This document shows positions 15,407-25,426 of a stretch of 32,000 nt of DNA, piece by piece; the first letter of the stretch is position 1, and each line of letters begins with the position of its first letter. The notes under the pieces were generated by a model that saw nothing but the letters and a program-made list of their open reading frames with translations, was not told where the DNA came from and ran no database searches. The translations under genes were made by a program, and so were the position numbers. The stretch is from Pseudodesulfovibrio piezophilus C1TLV30. GTDB taxonomy: Bacteria > Desulfobacterota > Desulfovibrionia > Desulfovibrionales > Desulfovibrionaceae. Where the stretch lies: positions 2,370,001 to 2,402,000 of the forward strand of contig NC_020409.1 in the NCBI RefSeq assembly GCF_000341895.1, given 5' to 3'.

Positions 15407-17059
15407 ATGACAGCGTTGGAACAATATGCGTTTCTCAAGAATATGGAGAAGCGGCTGTGGGCTGCCGCTTGCAAACTCCTGCCTTCTCTGGATGCGGCTG
15501 TGTACAAGCACGTCGTGCTCGGGTTGGTCTTTCTGAAATATGTCGGGGACAGCTTCGTGCAACGCCAGGAGGAGCTGAAGGCTCAGTTCGCTAACCCCGA
15601 CCATGAGTACTTTCTCGATGATGACCTGGAAGACGAGGAACTCCTGAACGACGAGTTGGAGGAGCGCGACTACTACACCGAGGCCAACGTGTTCTGGGTG
15701 CCGGAGAAAGGCCGCTGGTCCACGTTGCTCGAATGCGTGAAGCTCAACCCCGGCTCCAAGCTGCCCTGGGGGGCGGAATTCAAGAGCGTGGGCAACCTGC
15801 TGGATGATGCCATGGACGCCATCGAGAAGGAGAACCCGGTCCTCAAGAATGTGTTGAGCAAGGACTTTGCCCGGCTTCAGGTGGAAAGCTCCAAGCTGGC
15901 CGAGGTCATGGACCTGATCAACACCATTCCGTTTGAGCATGAGAGCCTGAAGGCCAAGGATATCCTTGGGCATGTGTATGAATATTTCCTGGGGCAGTTC
16001 GCGGCGGCGGAAGGCAAGAAGGGCGGCCAGTATTACACGCCCAAATCCATTGTTACGCTGATCGTTGAGATGCTCCGTCCCTACCAGGGGCGTGTGTATG
16101 ACCCCGCTTGCGGCTCAGGCGGCTTTTTCGTTTCCAGTGAGGAATTCGTCGAGGCCCATGGCGGCAAGGTCGGCAATCTGTCCATCTACGGGCAGGAATC
16201 CAACCCGACGACCTGGAAGCTGGCAGCCATGAACATGGCCATTCGCGGCATTGAGTTCGACTTCGGCAAGGAGCCTGCCGACACCTTTGGCAATGATCAG
16301 CATGCCGACAAGCGCTTTGACTACATCATGGCGAACCCTCCGTTCAACATCAGCGGGTGGGGCGCGAACAAGCTGGCTGACGACGTGCGCTGGAAATACG
16401 GCCTGCCGCCGGACAGCAACGCCAACTTTGCGTGGATGCAGCACATGATCCACCACCTTGGCCCCAAGGGCAAAATGGCCCTGCTGCTGGCCAATGGCTC
16501 CATGTCCACCGCGACCAACGGTGAAGCGGATATCCGCCGTCAGATTGTCGATGCGGATCTGGTGGAATGCATCGTGGCCCTGCCTGGACAGCTTTTCACC
16601 AACACGCAGATCCCGGCCTGTATCTGGTTCCTGAACAAGGACAAATCCAACGGCCAGAATATTGAGACATTGCGTGACCGGACTGGCGAGGTGCTGTTCA
16701 TCGACGCCCGGAATTGCGGCTACATGATCGACCGTGTCCTGCGAGACTTGGACCGCGAGAAAGACATCCTGCGGATAGCGCATACCCTGTTGAATTGGCA
16801 GATGGGCGACAAGGCCGAGACGCCGTATGCGGACGAGGCCGGATTCTGTGCCTCGGTCGAATTGAAGGATATCCGCAAGCATGACTATGTCCTGACGCCG
16901 GGCCGATATGTCGGCGCTCCCGAAGAAGTGGACGACGGCATCCCGTTTGGGGAAAAGATGGCGGTATTAACCTCGACATTGTTTGAGCAGATGGCCGAGG
17001 GGCAGCGGTTGGATGGCGAGATTCGAGCAAACCTGGAGAAGCTGGGCTATGCCGAATAA
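15407..17059 (+). CDS. hsdM: Type I restriction-modification system, DNA methyltransferase subunit M
   Basis: Start is at ATG 15407 (SD AAGGA). The HsdM N-terminal region reads LWAAACKLLPSLDAAVYKHVVLGLVFLKYV. The AdoMet motif I is DPACGSGGFF and the catalytic motif IV is NPPFN. Confidence 0.95.
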   Translation: MTALEQYAFLKNMEKRLWAAACKLLPSLDAAVYKHVVLGLVFLKYVGDSFVQRQEELKAQFANPDHEYFLDDDLEDEELLNDELEERDYYTEANVFWVPEKGRWSTLLECVKLNPGSKLPWGAEFKSVGNLLDDAMDAIEKENPVLKNVLSKDFARLQVESSKLAEVMDLINTIPFEHESLKAKDILGHVYEYFLGQFAAAEGKKGGQYYTPKSIVTLIVEMLRPYQGRVYDPACGSGGFFVSSEEFVEAHGGKVGNLSIYGQESNPTTWKLAAMNMAIRGIEFDFGKEPADTFGNDQHADKRFDYIMANPPFNISGWGANKLADDVRWKYGLPPDSNANFAWMQHMIHHLGPKGKMALLLANGSMSTATNGEADIRRQIVDADLVECIVALPGQLFTNTQIPACIWFLNKDKSNGQNIETLRDRTGEVLFIDARNCGYMIDRVLRDLDREKDILRIAHTLLNWQMGDKAETPYADEAGFCASVELKDIRKHDYVLTPGRYVGAPEEVDDGIPFGEKMAVLTSTLFEQMAEGQRLDGEIRANLEKLGYAE

Positions 17060-18098
17060 CAACGAACGCCCGCAGGGTGAACTACTCGTCTATCAAGGCA
17101 AGGATCTGGATAAGCCGCTTCAGGTGAGGCTTGAAGGTGAATCCGTATGGCTGACTCAAAAGCTGTTGGCAGAACTCTATGGGACTTCCGTCTCTAATAT
17201 AAATCAACATATTTCGTCCATTTACGAAGAGGAGGAGCTGTTGCCTGAGGCAACTATTAAGAAATACTTAATAGTTCAAACCGAGGGAGAACGAGAGGTC
17301 AAGCGGCTGATTGATCACTACAATCTGGACATGATCATTGCCATCGGCTTTCGGGTTCGCTCCAAGCTGGGCACTCAGTTCCGCAAGTGGGCCACAGATC
17401 GATTAAGCGAATATCTCGTCAAAGGCTTTACGCTGGATGATGAGCGCCTCAAGGGCGCGTCCGGTGGCGCTGACTACTTTGAAGAACTGTTGGCGCGGAT
17501 ACGGGAGATCCGAGCCAGCGAAGCCCGTGTTTACCTGATGGTTCGCAACATCTTTTCGTTGGCGAACGACTACCGGGAGGGGGAAAAGGAGACTCAACTC
17601 TTCTTCGCGACGATGCAAAATAAGATGCACTATGCCGCCACGGGGCTGACTGCGGCTGAAATTGTCAAGACTCGCGCCAATGCGGAACTGCGGGACATGG
17701 GGCTGACGAATTACAAAGGCACTCGCGTGCTGAAAAGGGATGTCGAGACGGCCAAGAACTACCTCGACGAAAAAGAGATCGACACCCTCAACCGTATCAC
17801 GGTGATGTTCCTGGATCAGGCGGAATTCCGCGCCCAGCGTCGGCAGAATATCCTTATGGAAGACTGGCAGGGCTTCCTCGACAAGTTCCTGGGCGATGTG
17901 GATCTGCCCGTCCTTGAGGGGGCAGGAAGCGTACGGCACAAGGACGCAGTGACCCACGCGAAAGCGGAATACAACAAGTTCGCCGAGAAGCGGCGTCTTG
18001 AGGAGCAGCAGGAGGCGGATAAGGTCTACATTGAGGACTTGAGGGCTTCTGCCAAGACGTTGGAGCAGGAACGGAGGGCGGGGCGTGATGGGAAGTAG
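17049..18098 (+). CDS. rhuM: RhuM-family protein embedded in the type I R-M operon
   Basis: ATG 17049 overlaps the hsdM stop by 11 nt. LVYQGKDLDKPLQVRLEGESVWLTQKLLAELYGTSVSNINQHI ... NLDMIIAIGFRVRSKLGTQFRKWATDRLSEYLVKGFTLDDERLK matches the RhuM family as I recall it. Confidence 0.85.
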   Translation: MPNNNERPQGELLVYQGKDLDKPLQVRLEGESVWLTQKLLAELYGTSVSNINQHISSIYEEEELLPEATIKKYLIVQTEGEREVKRLIDHYNLDMIIAIGFRVRSKLGTQFRKWATDRLSEYLVKGFTLDDERLKGASGGADYFEELLARIREIRASEARVYLMVRNIFSLANDYREGEKETQLFFATMQNKMHYAATGLTAAEIVKTRANAELRDMGLTNYKGTRVLKRDVETAKNYLDEKEIDTLNRITVMFLDQAEFRAQRRQNILMEDWQGFLDKFLGDVDLPVLEGAGSVRHKDAVTHAKAEYNKFAEKRRLEEQQEADKVYIEDLRASAKTLEQERRAGRDGK

Positions 18099-19404
18099 GG
18101 GAAAAGTACGATCAGAGGAAGTTCAATCTAACAATTGGCGAACCTCTAGGCTTGAAGAACTCGCTACGGTAATCGACTCCCGTCACAAAACGCCGAAGTA
18201 CTCTGAGGATGGCTTACCGATGGTGCGAGTTGTGGATGTGAAGGCCGGTCCGATTGACTTGTCAAACGCAGTTAAAGTTACCCAAGAAGTGTACGAAGAT
18301 TTTTCAAAAGGGCGAGACCCAGAAATTGGTGACCTAATTATTTCGCGAGTAGGTAGCTATGGTAATATTTGCTACGTCAAAACAAATGAAAAATTTTGTT
18401 TAGGGCAGAATACAGCATTCATTGTTCCCAAAATCAATTGGCGGTTTTTATACTATCAATTGCTTTCTCCTCAAGTTCGCACTCAAATTGAAAGCCTTGT
18501 TGTTGGCGCCGTTCAAAAAACAATTAGTCTTAAAAATATAAAGAGCTTAGAGATTGCGACCCCCAGTAAATCTGAACAAAAAGCCATAGCCCACATCCTC
18601 GGCACGCTAGACGACAAGATCGAGCTGAACCGGCGCATGAATGAGACGCTGGAGGCCATGGCACAGGCGTTGTTCAAGAGTTGGTTCGTGGACTTCGATC
18701 CGGTCAAGGCGAAGATGGAAGGCAGGCAGCCCGAAGGCATGGATGCGGAAACAGCGGCCCTCTTCCCCGACAAGCTGGTGGAGTCCGAACTTGGGCTGAT
18801 TCCTGAGGGGTGGGGAGTTGGGCAAATCGGAAACGAAGTAACCGTAGTTGGAGGTAGTACGCCTTCAACCAAGAAGCCGGGATATTGGGATGGGGGGACA
18901 GTCCACTGGACAACGCCCAAGGATCTTTCGGGAAGCAGTGATAAAATAATAATTGAAACAGCTAGAAAGATTACGGAAGAGGGGCTGCAAAAAATTCATT
19001 CTGGCCTATTGCCTGTTGATACGGTGTTGCTTTCTTCTCGTGCTCCTGTTGGCTATCTCGCATTAGCAAAAGTGCCGATCGCAATTAATCAGGGTTATAT
19101 AGGAATGAAATGTGAGAAAGCTCTTTCCCCCGAATATGTTCTTCAATGGTGTGTTTCCGTTATGGATAAAATCCTACAGAGAGCCAGTGGGACCACGTTC
19201 GCTGAAATCAGCAAGAAAAACTTCAAACCTATAGCCGTGGTGGTGCCTTTCGCACAACTGATTAAAATATATTCTAAAATCGTCTCGGACATTTATTCAA
19301 AGATCGAAAACAACCTTAGAGAGAACTCTGAGCTTTCAAACGTTAGGGATACGTTGTTGCCCGAACTTATCTCAGGCAAATTAAATGTGAGTGATTGGCA
19401 ATGA
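18085..19404 (+). CDS. hsdS: Type I restriction-modification system, specificity subunit S
   Basis: Start is GTG 18085 or ATG 18088, overlapping the rhuM stop. Two low-GC target-recognition domains are separated by a high-GC conserved spacer (SEQKAIAHILGTLDDKIELNRRMNETLEAMAQALFKSWFVDFDP). The conserved C-terminal helix reads VRDTLLPELISGKL. Confidence 0.9.
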   Translation: MMGSRGKVRSEEVQSNNWRTSRLEELATVIDSRHKTPKYSEDGLPMVRVVDVKAGPIDLSNAVKVTQEVYEDFSKGRDPEIGDLIISRVGSYGNICYVKTNEKFCLGQNTAFIVPKINWRFLYYQLLSPQVRTQIESLVVGAVQKTISLKNIKSLEIATPSKSEQKAIAHILGTLDDKIELNRRMNETLEAMAQALFKSWFVDFDPVKAKMEGRQPEGMDAETAALFPDKLVESELGLIPEGWGVGQIGNEVTVVGGSTPSTKKPGYWDGGTVHWTTPKDLSGSSDKIIIETARKITEEGLQKIHSGLLPVDTVLLSSRAPVGYLALAKVPIAINQGYIGMKCEKALSPEYVLQWCVSVMDKILQRASGTTFAEISKKNFKPIAVVVPFAQLIKIYSKIVSDIYSKIENNLRENSELSNVRDTLLPELISGKLNVSDWQ

Positions 19405-20057
19405 ACCTTACCCGTTTTGAAGCTAGGTCTGGGCAGGTTATCGATAACAGTTCGCTTGCGCACCTAGGAGATCAAATAAAACGTTTAGAACTTGCGATTA
19501 GAGAAGATGACCCTTCGCTTGTGCTTGATACAGCAAAATCATTCCTCGAAAGCACTTTTAAAACAATACTGGAAGACTATGGGAAAGCAGTAGGGAAAAA
19601 AGAAGACTTAACAGAGCTGTATAAGAAGGTACTTGAGGTTATCGTATTAAATCATGATGATGATGCAAACATAAAATTATCCCAACTGAGTAAAGGAGTG
19701 GTTCATTGGTTAGGCCAACTCCGTAATGCCTATGGTGGAGCCTCGCATGGCAAGGATGGCCAATTCGACAATCCCATCAATATGCCAGAAGCTGAAATGG
19801 TAGCTCAATTTGCTGATGGTTTGGGTTGTTTTCTTATTAGAAAAAAACAACTTCTTGCTGATCCAATCGAAAGACAGCGTTTGCACTACACTGATTATCA
19901 AGAGTTTAATGATTATTTGGATATGACCAGAGATGGCTACGACTTAGGGATAGATCAAATGGGGCCGTTGCCCTACAGCCGGATACTATTCAACATTGAT
20001 GAAGCCGCATATAAGGAACTTCTGATTCAGTTCATGTCAGAAGAAAATGACAACTAA
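19401..20057 (+). CDS. Abi_C-like (abortive-infection C-terminal domain) protein inserted between hsdS and hsdR
   Basis: ATG 19401 overlaps the hsdS TGA (ATGA), and the stop overlaps the hsdR start by 11 nt. [15 protein letters not shown] ... [17 protein letters not shown] resembles the Abi_C family signature (RN....aHG) as I recall it. It is a low-GC insert in a high-GC operon. Confidence 0.6.
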   Translation: MNLTRFEARSGQVIDNSSLAHLGDQIKRLELAIREDDPSLVLDTAKSFLESTFKTILEDYGKAVGKKEDLTELYKKVLEVIVLNHDDDANIKLSQLSKGVVHWLGQLRNAYGGASHGKDGQFDNPINMPEAEMVAQFADGLGCFLIRKKQLLADPIERQRLHYTDYQEFNDYLDMTRDGYDLGIDQMGPLPYSRILFNIDEAAYKELLIQFMSEENDN

Positions 20058-23000
20058 CGGTAGCTCCCCCATGATTAACGAAGACGCTCTCGAAAAACTC
20101 GCCATCAGTTGGTTTGAAGACGAAGGCTACACCAACGTTCACGGCCCGGACTTGAACCCCGAGGTGGACGGGAGCGGGGCGCGGGCGCGGCTGGATGACG
20201 TGTTGTTGCTTAACCCGTTGCGTGCGGCCATCGAGCGGATTAATCCCCAGCTTCCGGCAAGCACGGTTGACGAGGTGCTCCATCTGGTTCAGAAGCTGTC
20301 CCACCCGATCACGGTCAAGGCAAACCAGGAATTTCATCGGCTACTCCGCGAGGGCGTGGATGTCAGCTACAAGCGGGACGGGGAGAACGTCGAAGACCGC
20401 GCCTTCCTCATTGATTTTCACGACGTAAACGCCAACACGTTCTGGATTGTGGATCAGCTCACCATCCGGGGAAGCAAGGGCAATCGTCGTCCCGACCTGA
20501 TCGTGTATCTCAACGGCCTGCCGCTGGCCGTCATCGAGTTGAAGTCCCCTGTCAAAGAAGACGTTGGCGTTGACGAGGCCTTTCATCAGCTCCAGACCTA
20601 CAAGCAGGAGTTGGTGGACCTTGCCATGTTCAACGAGGCGCTGGTGGCCTCGGACGGCATCCAGGCCCGTGTGGGTTCCCTGACCGCCAATCGTGAATGG
20701 TTCCTGCCATGGCGTGCCGTAAAGTCGGAAGAGGACCGCCCGTCCTTCGAGTATGAACTCAAGGGCATTGTGAAAGGCTTCTTCGATCGGACGTTGCTCC
20801 TGGAATACATCCGCGATTTCGTCCTGTTCGAGGCGGACGATTCCAGCACGATCAAGAAGATCGCCAGCTACCACCAGTTCCACGGCGTACGCCAAGCCGT
20901 GGCCGCAGCCGTGAAAGCGGCTTCGGAACATGCACCGAACGAGCTGAAAGGGCGCGGCGGCGTCATCTGGCACACGCAGGGTTCCGGCAAATCCATCTCC
21001 ATGTGCTGTCTCGCCGGAAAACTCATCCGCCATCCCGATTTGGCCAACCCGACCCTCGTTGTTATCACCGACCGAAACGACCTGGACGGGCAGCTCTACG
21101 AGACTTTCTGCAAGGCCGGTGATCTGCTGGCCGACAGTCCGATACAGGCGGACGATCGGGGCGAACTCCGCCAAATTCTCAACGAGAAGCAGTCCGGTGG
21201 CATCGTCTTTACCACCATCCAGAAATTTTCCCTCGACAAGGACGAGACCAAATTCCCGGTCTTGTCCGACCGCCGGAACATCATCGTCATCGCCGACGAG
21301 TGCCACCGCTCCCAGTACGGCTTCAAGGGCAAGCTGGATGAAAAGCGGAATGCGTTCGTTGCCGGGTATGCCCAGCACATGCGCGACGCCTTGCCCAACG
21401 CCACGTTCACCGGCTTCACCGGCACGCCCATATCCCAAGAGGACAAGAACACCCAGGCGGTGTTTGGCGAATACGTCAGTATCTACGACATCGAGCAGGC
21501 CCAGCTTGATGGCGCGACCGTCCCTATCTTCTACGAAAGCCGCTTGGCCAAGCTCGACCTCAATCAGGATGAGTTGCCGCAAATCGATGAAAAAGTAGAC
21601 GAGGTAACGGAGGATGAGGAGACCTCCCAGGCCGAAAAAACCAAGGGCAAGTGGGCAGCCCTGGCCAAGCTGGTCGGGGCGGAACCCCGTATCCGGCAGG
21701 TAGCCGAAGATCTGGTCGACCACTTTGAAGCCCGCCTGGAGGTCGTGGACGGCAAGGCCATGATCGTCTGCATGAGCCGTGATATCTGCGTTGCAATGTT
21801 CGATGCGCTCGTGAAATTGCGTCCGCAATGGGCAGGAAATCAATTGGCTGACGGCACCTATGATCCATCGGACGGGGCAATCAGGATCATCATGACGGCC
21901 AGCGCGTCCGATCGGCGGGAGTTGCAGAACCACCACTACAGCAAGACCCAGAAGAAGGCGCTGGAGAAACGGTTCAAAGACCTGGATGATCCGCTGAAGA
22001 TCGTCATCGTCCGCGACATGTGGCTGACCGGCTTCGACGCACCGTGCGCACACACCATGTACATCGACAAGCCCATGAAGGGGCACAACCTCATGCAGGC
22101 CATCGCTCGCGTAAACCGCGTGTTCAAGGGCAAGCAAGGCGGTCTGGTTGTCGACTACATCGGCATCGCCAGCGAACTGAAGAACGCGCTGCATACCTAC
22201 ACCCGGAGCGGCGGGCGTGGAGGCCAGCCGACTATCGATGTGTACGAGGCGTTCTATGTGCTGAAGGAGAAACTCCAGACGGCACGCGATATCTTCCACA
22301 AGTTCGATTACTCAGCCTATAAGACCAAGGCTGTCGAGCTGCTGCCCCCTGCTGCGGACTTTGTTGTCGCCACCGAGGAGCGCAAGAAAGAGTTTTTTGA
22401 TGTCGTGGTCGCCATGACCCGTGCCCAGTCCCTTTGCGGCACCCTGGACGAAGCCGTGGCCATACGGGATGAGATCACCTTCTTTCAGGCCGTGAAGATC
22501 TTCATCGACAAGACGACAGCCACCAAGGGCAAACAAACGCGGCAAGAAAAAGACGCGATCCTGAATCAACTCCTCGCCCGCGCCGTGGTCCCTGAAGGCG
22601 TGGACGACATCTTCGCTCTGGCGGGCCTCGACAAGCCGGATATCTCCATTTTGTCCGAAGAATTCCTCGACGACGTCCGCAACATGGAGCACCGCAACCT
22701 AGCCGTCGAATTGCTCGAAAAATTGCTCAGAGACGAAATTAGCGCCCGTTCACGCCGCAATACGACGCAGGAGCGCAAGTTCTCCGAGCGGCTCAAGGAA
22801 TCCCTGCTCAAATACCGTAATCGCGCCATCGAAACCGCCCAGGTCATCGAAGAACTTATCCAGATGGCCAAGGACTTGAACGAAGCGCTCAAGCGCGGCG
22901 ACAAGCTCGGCCTCAACCCCAGCGAACTGGCATTCTATGACGCCCTGGAAGAGAACGAGTCTGCCGTCCGTGAATTAGGTGATGACGTCCTCAAGAAGAT

Positions 23001-23202
23001 AGCCAAGGAACTGACCGAGAAGCTCAGGAAGAATGTGACGGTAGACTGGCAGCATAAGGATTCGGTCCGAGCAAAGATGCGGAACTTGGTTCGCAGGATT
23101 TTGAAGAAGTACAAGTACCCGCCGGATGCCCAGAAAGAGGCCGTGGCCGAGGTGCTGCGGCAGGCCGAGAGCTTGGCGGATGATTGGAGCGAGGCAGCGT
23201 AA
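20047..23202 (+). CDS. hsdR: Type I restriction-modification system, restriction/helicase subunit R
   Basis: The 1051-aa ORF has an N-terminal PD-(D/E)xK motif ([20 protein letters not shown]). Helicase motif I is HTQGSGKS and motif II is IADECHRSQ. Motif VI-like is MQAIARVNR. Confidence 0.95.
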   Translation: MTTNGSSPMINEDALEKLAISWFEDEGYTNVHGPDLNPEVDGSGARARLDDVLLLNPLRAAIERINPQLPASTVDEVLHLVQKLSHPITVKANQEFHRLLREGVDVSYKRDGENVEDRAFLIDFHDVNANTFWIVDQLTIRGSKGNRRPDLIVYLNGLPLAVIELKSPVKEDVGVDEAFHQLQTYKQELVDLAMFNEALVASDGIQARVGSLTANREWFLPWRAVKSEEDRPSFEYELKGIVKGFFDRTLLLEYIRDFVLFEADDSSTIKKIASYHQFHGVRQAVAAAVKAASEHAPNELKGRGGVIWHTQGSGKSISMCCLAGKLIRHPDLANPTLVVITDRNDLDGQLYETFCKAGDLLADSPIQADDRGELRQILNEKQSGGIVFTTIQKFSLDKDETKFPVLSDRRNIIVIADECHRSQYGFKGKLDEKRNAFVAGYAQHMRDALPNATFTGFTGTPISQEDKNTQAVFGEYVSIYDIEQAQLDGATVPIFYESRLAKLDLNQDELPQIDEKVDEVTEDEETSQAEKTKGKWAALAKLVGAEPRIRQVAEDLVDHFEARLEVVDGKAMIVCMSRDICVAMFDALVKLRPQWAGNQLADGTYDPSDGAIRIIMTASASDRRELQNHHYSKTQKKALEKRFKDLDDPLKIVIVRDMWLTGFDAPCAHTMYIDKPMKGHNLMQAIARVNRVFKGKQGGLVVDYIGIASELKNALHTYTRSGGRGGQPTIDVYEAFYVLKEKLQTARDIFHKFDYSAYKTKAVELLPPAADFVVATEERKKEFFDVVVAMTRAQSLCGTLDEAVAIRDEITFFQAVKIFIDKTTATKGKQTRQEKDAILNQLLARAVVPEGVDDIFALAGLDKPDISILSEEFLDDVRNMEHRNLAVELLEKLLRDEISARSRRNTTQERKFSERLKESLLKYRNRAIETAQVIEELIQMAKDLNEALKRGDKLGLNPSELAFYDALEENESAVRELGDDVLKKIAKELTEKLRKNVTVDWQHKDSVRAKMRNLVRRILKKYKYPPDAQKEAVAEVLRQAESLADDWSEAA

Positions 23203-23264
23203 CTATGGGGCTTAAGAGTATTTACGGCCCACTAAAAAACCAGCTAAAAGTGTTATAAAAGCTA

Positions 23265-25355
23265 ATGGCCAAGAAAAAGAATAAGAAAAATAAAAAAGAC
23301 ATAGAGTTTGTAAAGACCTTAAAGCTGTTGGCCAATGACTCTGATCAGCTGATTGCGTATTTGAAAGGCTCACAAGCAATTCTGAAGTCTAGACTTTGGG
23401 AAATGGTTCATGCCGAACTTGATGAGTCTAGTTCTGAAGAAATACGCCAATTCCTTGAAGACGGGGATATGCTACGGAAGCTTCATGACGAGGCTCTGGA
23501 GGGTGCAAACCGCTACCAATCGTTATTGAAGGAACTCTCATGGGAGATGGTTCTTGCGAGCTTTGCGGCATATCTTGAAGCTTGGTATTTTAATGCTAAG
23601 AATGACCAGCAATATGAAAGCAAGCGCAATAATTTGATTCCTGTCTTACAGAGGGTAGCGGTCAAAAAGAATCAATTTCCAAGAAAGAACTGGGGAAGTA
23701 GGCAGTCAATTGATAGTGCCTTGGATTCTATCCGCGACAGCTTGCTCAATGGAGAGCCTATCAAGGCATATTCCCTCTTTGCCGCTTGGGATGCCGTTTT
23801 AGAAGTCGAGGCCATAATTAAGGACTTTTGCTACAAGGGTTGGGAGGTCTCCCACGCAAGTGGTTTGGACATAAAACCCGAGTCCCTTGATGCTTGGAAG
23901 GCATGGGCTCTGACTAATCATAAATTTCAGATAATCGATCGATTCTACCGAGAATTTCCATATATTATCTACCCTGAGATTGTAGAGGATATTCAAGAGA
24001 GGATGGACAACGAAGTCACTGTCACTCAGAGAATTGAAGCCCTCGGTGGATACATCTTTATTCAGGAAATGCTCGGCGTTGATGAAGTTGAATTCGAAGG
24101 GGTCACTGTTGATTTACGGGAAACCATAGATCTTATTGGCCGCTTCGACTCCTGCTACAAGAGTAATTACCTTCCCTTTATGGAGAGAATGAAAAACGAA
24201 GGGCTTGATTATGCGAATTCGATCGTCCAGACTATGCAGGATCAGATATCTCAAAATATGGACGCATGTATACGACAAGGACTTAATCCAATAGCGTATC
24301 ACAAAGAAATTATGGGTAATGTTCATCACCCTTGCATTAGCGTCAGAACAAGTGACGAAATGCTTGAAATGATGATGCAATATGACCAAATTCCTCCAGA
24401 TGCTGCCAGGCGAAAAGCATGCCTTACTGCGCTAGAGCTGTTTGCTGGGCCACCTCATATGGGTGGGGTTGATAATGGGCAGTTTATGCGAACTCCGAAG
24501 AATAATTACATCATAATACCGCGTTTTTTCCATGGGGATGTAAAAACCGCATTGTTGAACCGTATAGTTAGGAAGAAAGGTAGCGAAAAAGGGAAAGGAA
24601 AAGCAGGCAACAAGCCCTATAGTGCCAATATGGAACATTCTTTGGCTCAACGTTTTGAAAGCCAAGGCTACAAGGCTATTGCCAGTTGGGACTATAAGAA
24701 TGGTGAATCCCAAAAGGGCGAGGTCGACGTTATTGCGTACAAAGATGGCTACCTCTTTATTGTTGAAGCAAAGCTCACATATTTTCGTACTGATGTTGAA
24801 GCAATCTATAGGCACGAGCAAGAATTGGAAGGTGCAGTCGGACAATTAAACAGAGCGCTGGAGGCGATTAAGGCGAACTTCAATGAGCTTAGGCAGAGTC
24901 TGATGATCAACGAAGACCTTTCTGACCTACAAATTGTCCCACTTATCGTTTCGAATTCCCCAGAGTTTGATTTTAAGAAGTACTCTGGGATTCCCAAACT
25001 GAGTCAATTTGAGCTGCAGTGTTTGCTTGATCCTGGAGCTTTTATTTTCGCAAAGACTCAAATGAGCATTTACAATGAATATTGCAAATTGACTCTATGC
25101 GGGAACCAAGAAGAGCAAAGGACAGCTGTCGAAAAGCTAATGCAAGGCGATCAATTTGTTCTTGAAAATAAAAAGAAGCAGGAGCAATATCTCGCTGAAG
25201 CTGAATTGATCGCATCTCAGCCTGAAAGGTTAATTGGTGCAATCAATTCGAAATACTTTTGGCAAGAGCTTGAAGAAAACACTGACGTTGTCAGTGGGCC
25301 AATAGAGCAAACATTTACTATGAAAAATGGTGATGAGATCCGTTACGTAGTTTAG
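23265..25355 (+). CDS. Hypothetical 696-aa protein with C-terminal NERD-like PD-(D/E)xK nuclease domain
   Basis: A low-GC ORF starts 62 nt after hsdR with a Lys-rich N-terminus. Residues ~470-505 read MEHSLAQRFESQGYKAI...GEVDVIAYKDGYLFIVEAKL, giving D488 ... E501-x-K503. I recognise no family in the N-terminal ~450 aa. Confidence 0.75.
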   Translation: MAKKKNKKNKKDIEFVKTLKLLANDSDQLIAYLKGSQAILKSRLWEMVHAELDESSSEEIRQFLEDGDMLRKLHDEALEGANRYQSLLKELSWEMVLASFAAYLEAWYFNAKNDQQYESKRNNLIPVLQRVAVKKNQFPRKNWGSRQSIDSALDSIRDSLLNGEPIKAYSLFAAWDAVLEVEAIIKDFCYKGWEVSHASGLDIKPESLDAWKAWALTNHKFQIIDRFYREFPYIIYPEIVEDIQERMDNEVTVTQRIEALGGYIFIQEMLGVDEVEFEGVTVDLRETIDLIGRFDSCYKSNYLPFMERMKNEGLDYANSIVQTMQDQISQNMDACIRQGLNPIAYHKEIMGNVHHPCISVRTSDEMLEMMMQYDQIPPDAARRKACLTALELFAGPPHMGGVDNGQFMRTPKNNYIIIPRFFHGDVKTALLNRIVRKKGSEKGKGKAGNKPYSANMEHSLAQRFESQGYKAIASWDYKNGESQKGEVDVIAYKDGYLFIVEAKLTYFRTDVEAIYRHEQELEGAVGQLNRALEAIKANFNELRQSLMINEDLSDLQIVPLIVSNSPEFDFKKYSGIPKLSQFELQCLLDPGAFIFAKTQMSIYNEYCKLTLCGNQEEQRTAVEKLMQGDQFVLENKKKQEQYLAEAELIASQPERLIGAINSKYFWQELEENTDVVSGPIEQTFTMKNGDEIRYVV

Positions 25356-25426
25356 GCAATCACATACTCGCAAAACTTCCGTCTCGCTGTCCGCAGGGCA
25401 GAACTATTAAATGAACGGAGGTTCAA

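Noticed and set aside
20341-22299. 652-aa ORF on the minus strand (also 15251..15973 and 16115..16882 on the minus strand)
   Set aside because: These are antisense to hsdR and hsdM, which carry unambiguous helicase and methyltransferase motifs. The antisense products are Arg/Gly/Leu/Val-rich with no recognisable domains.
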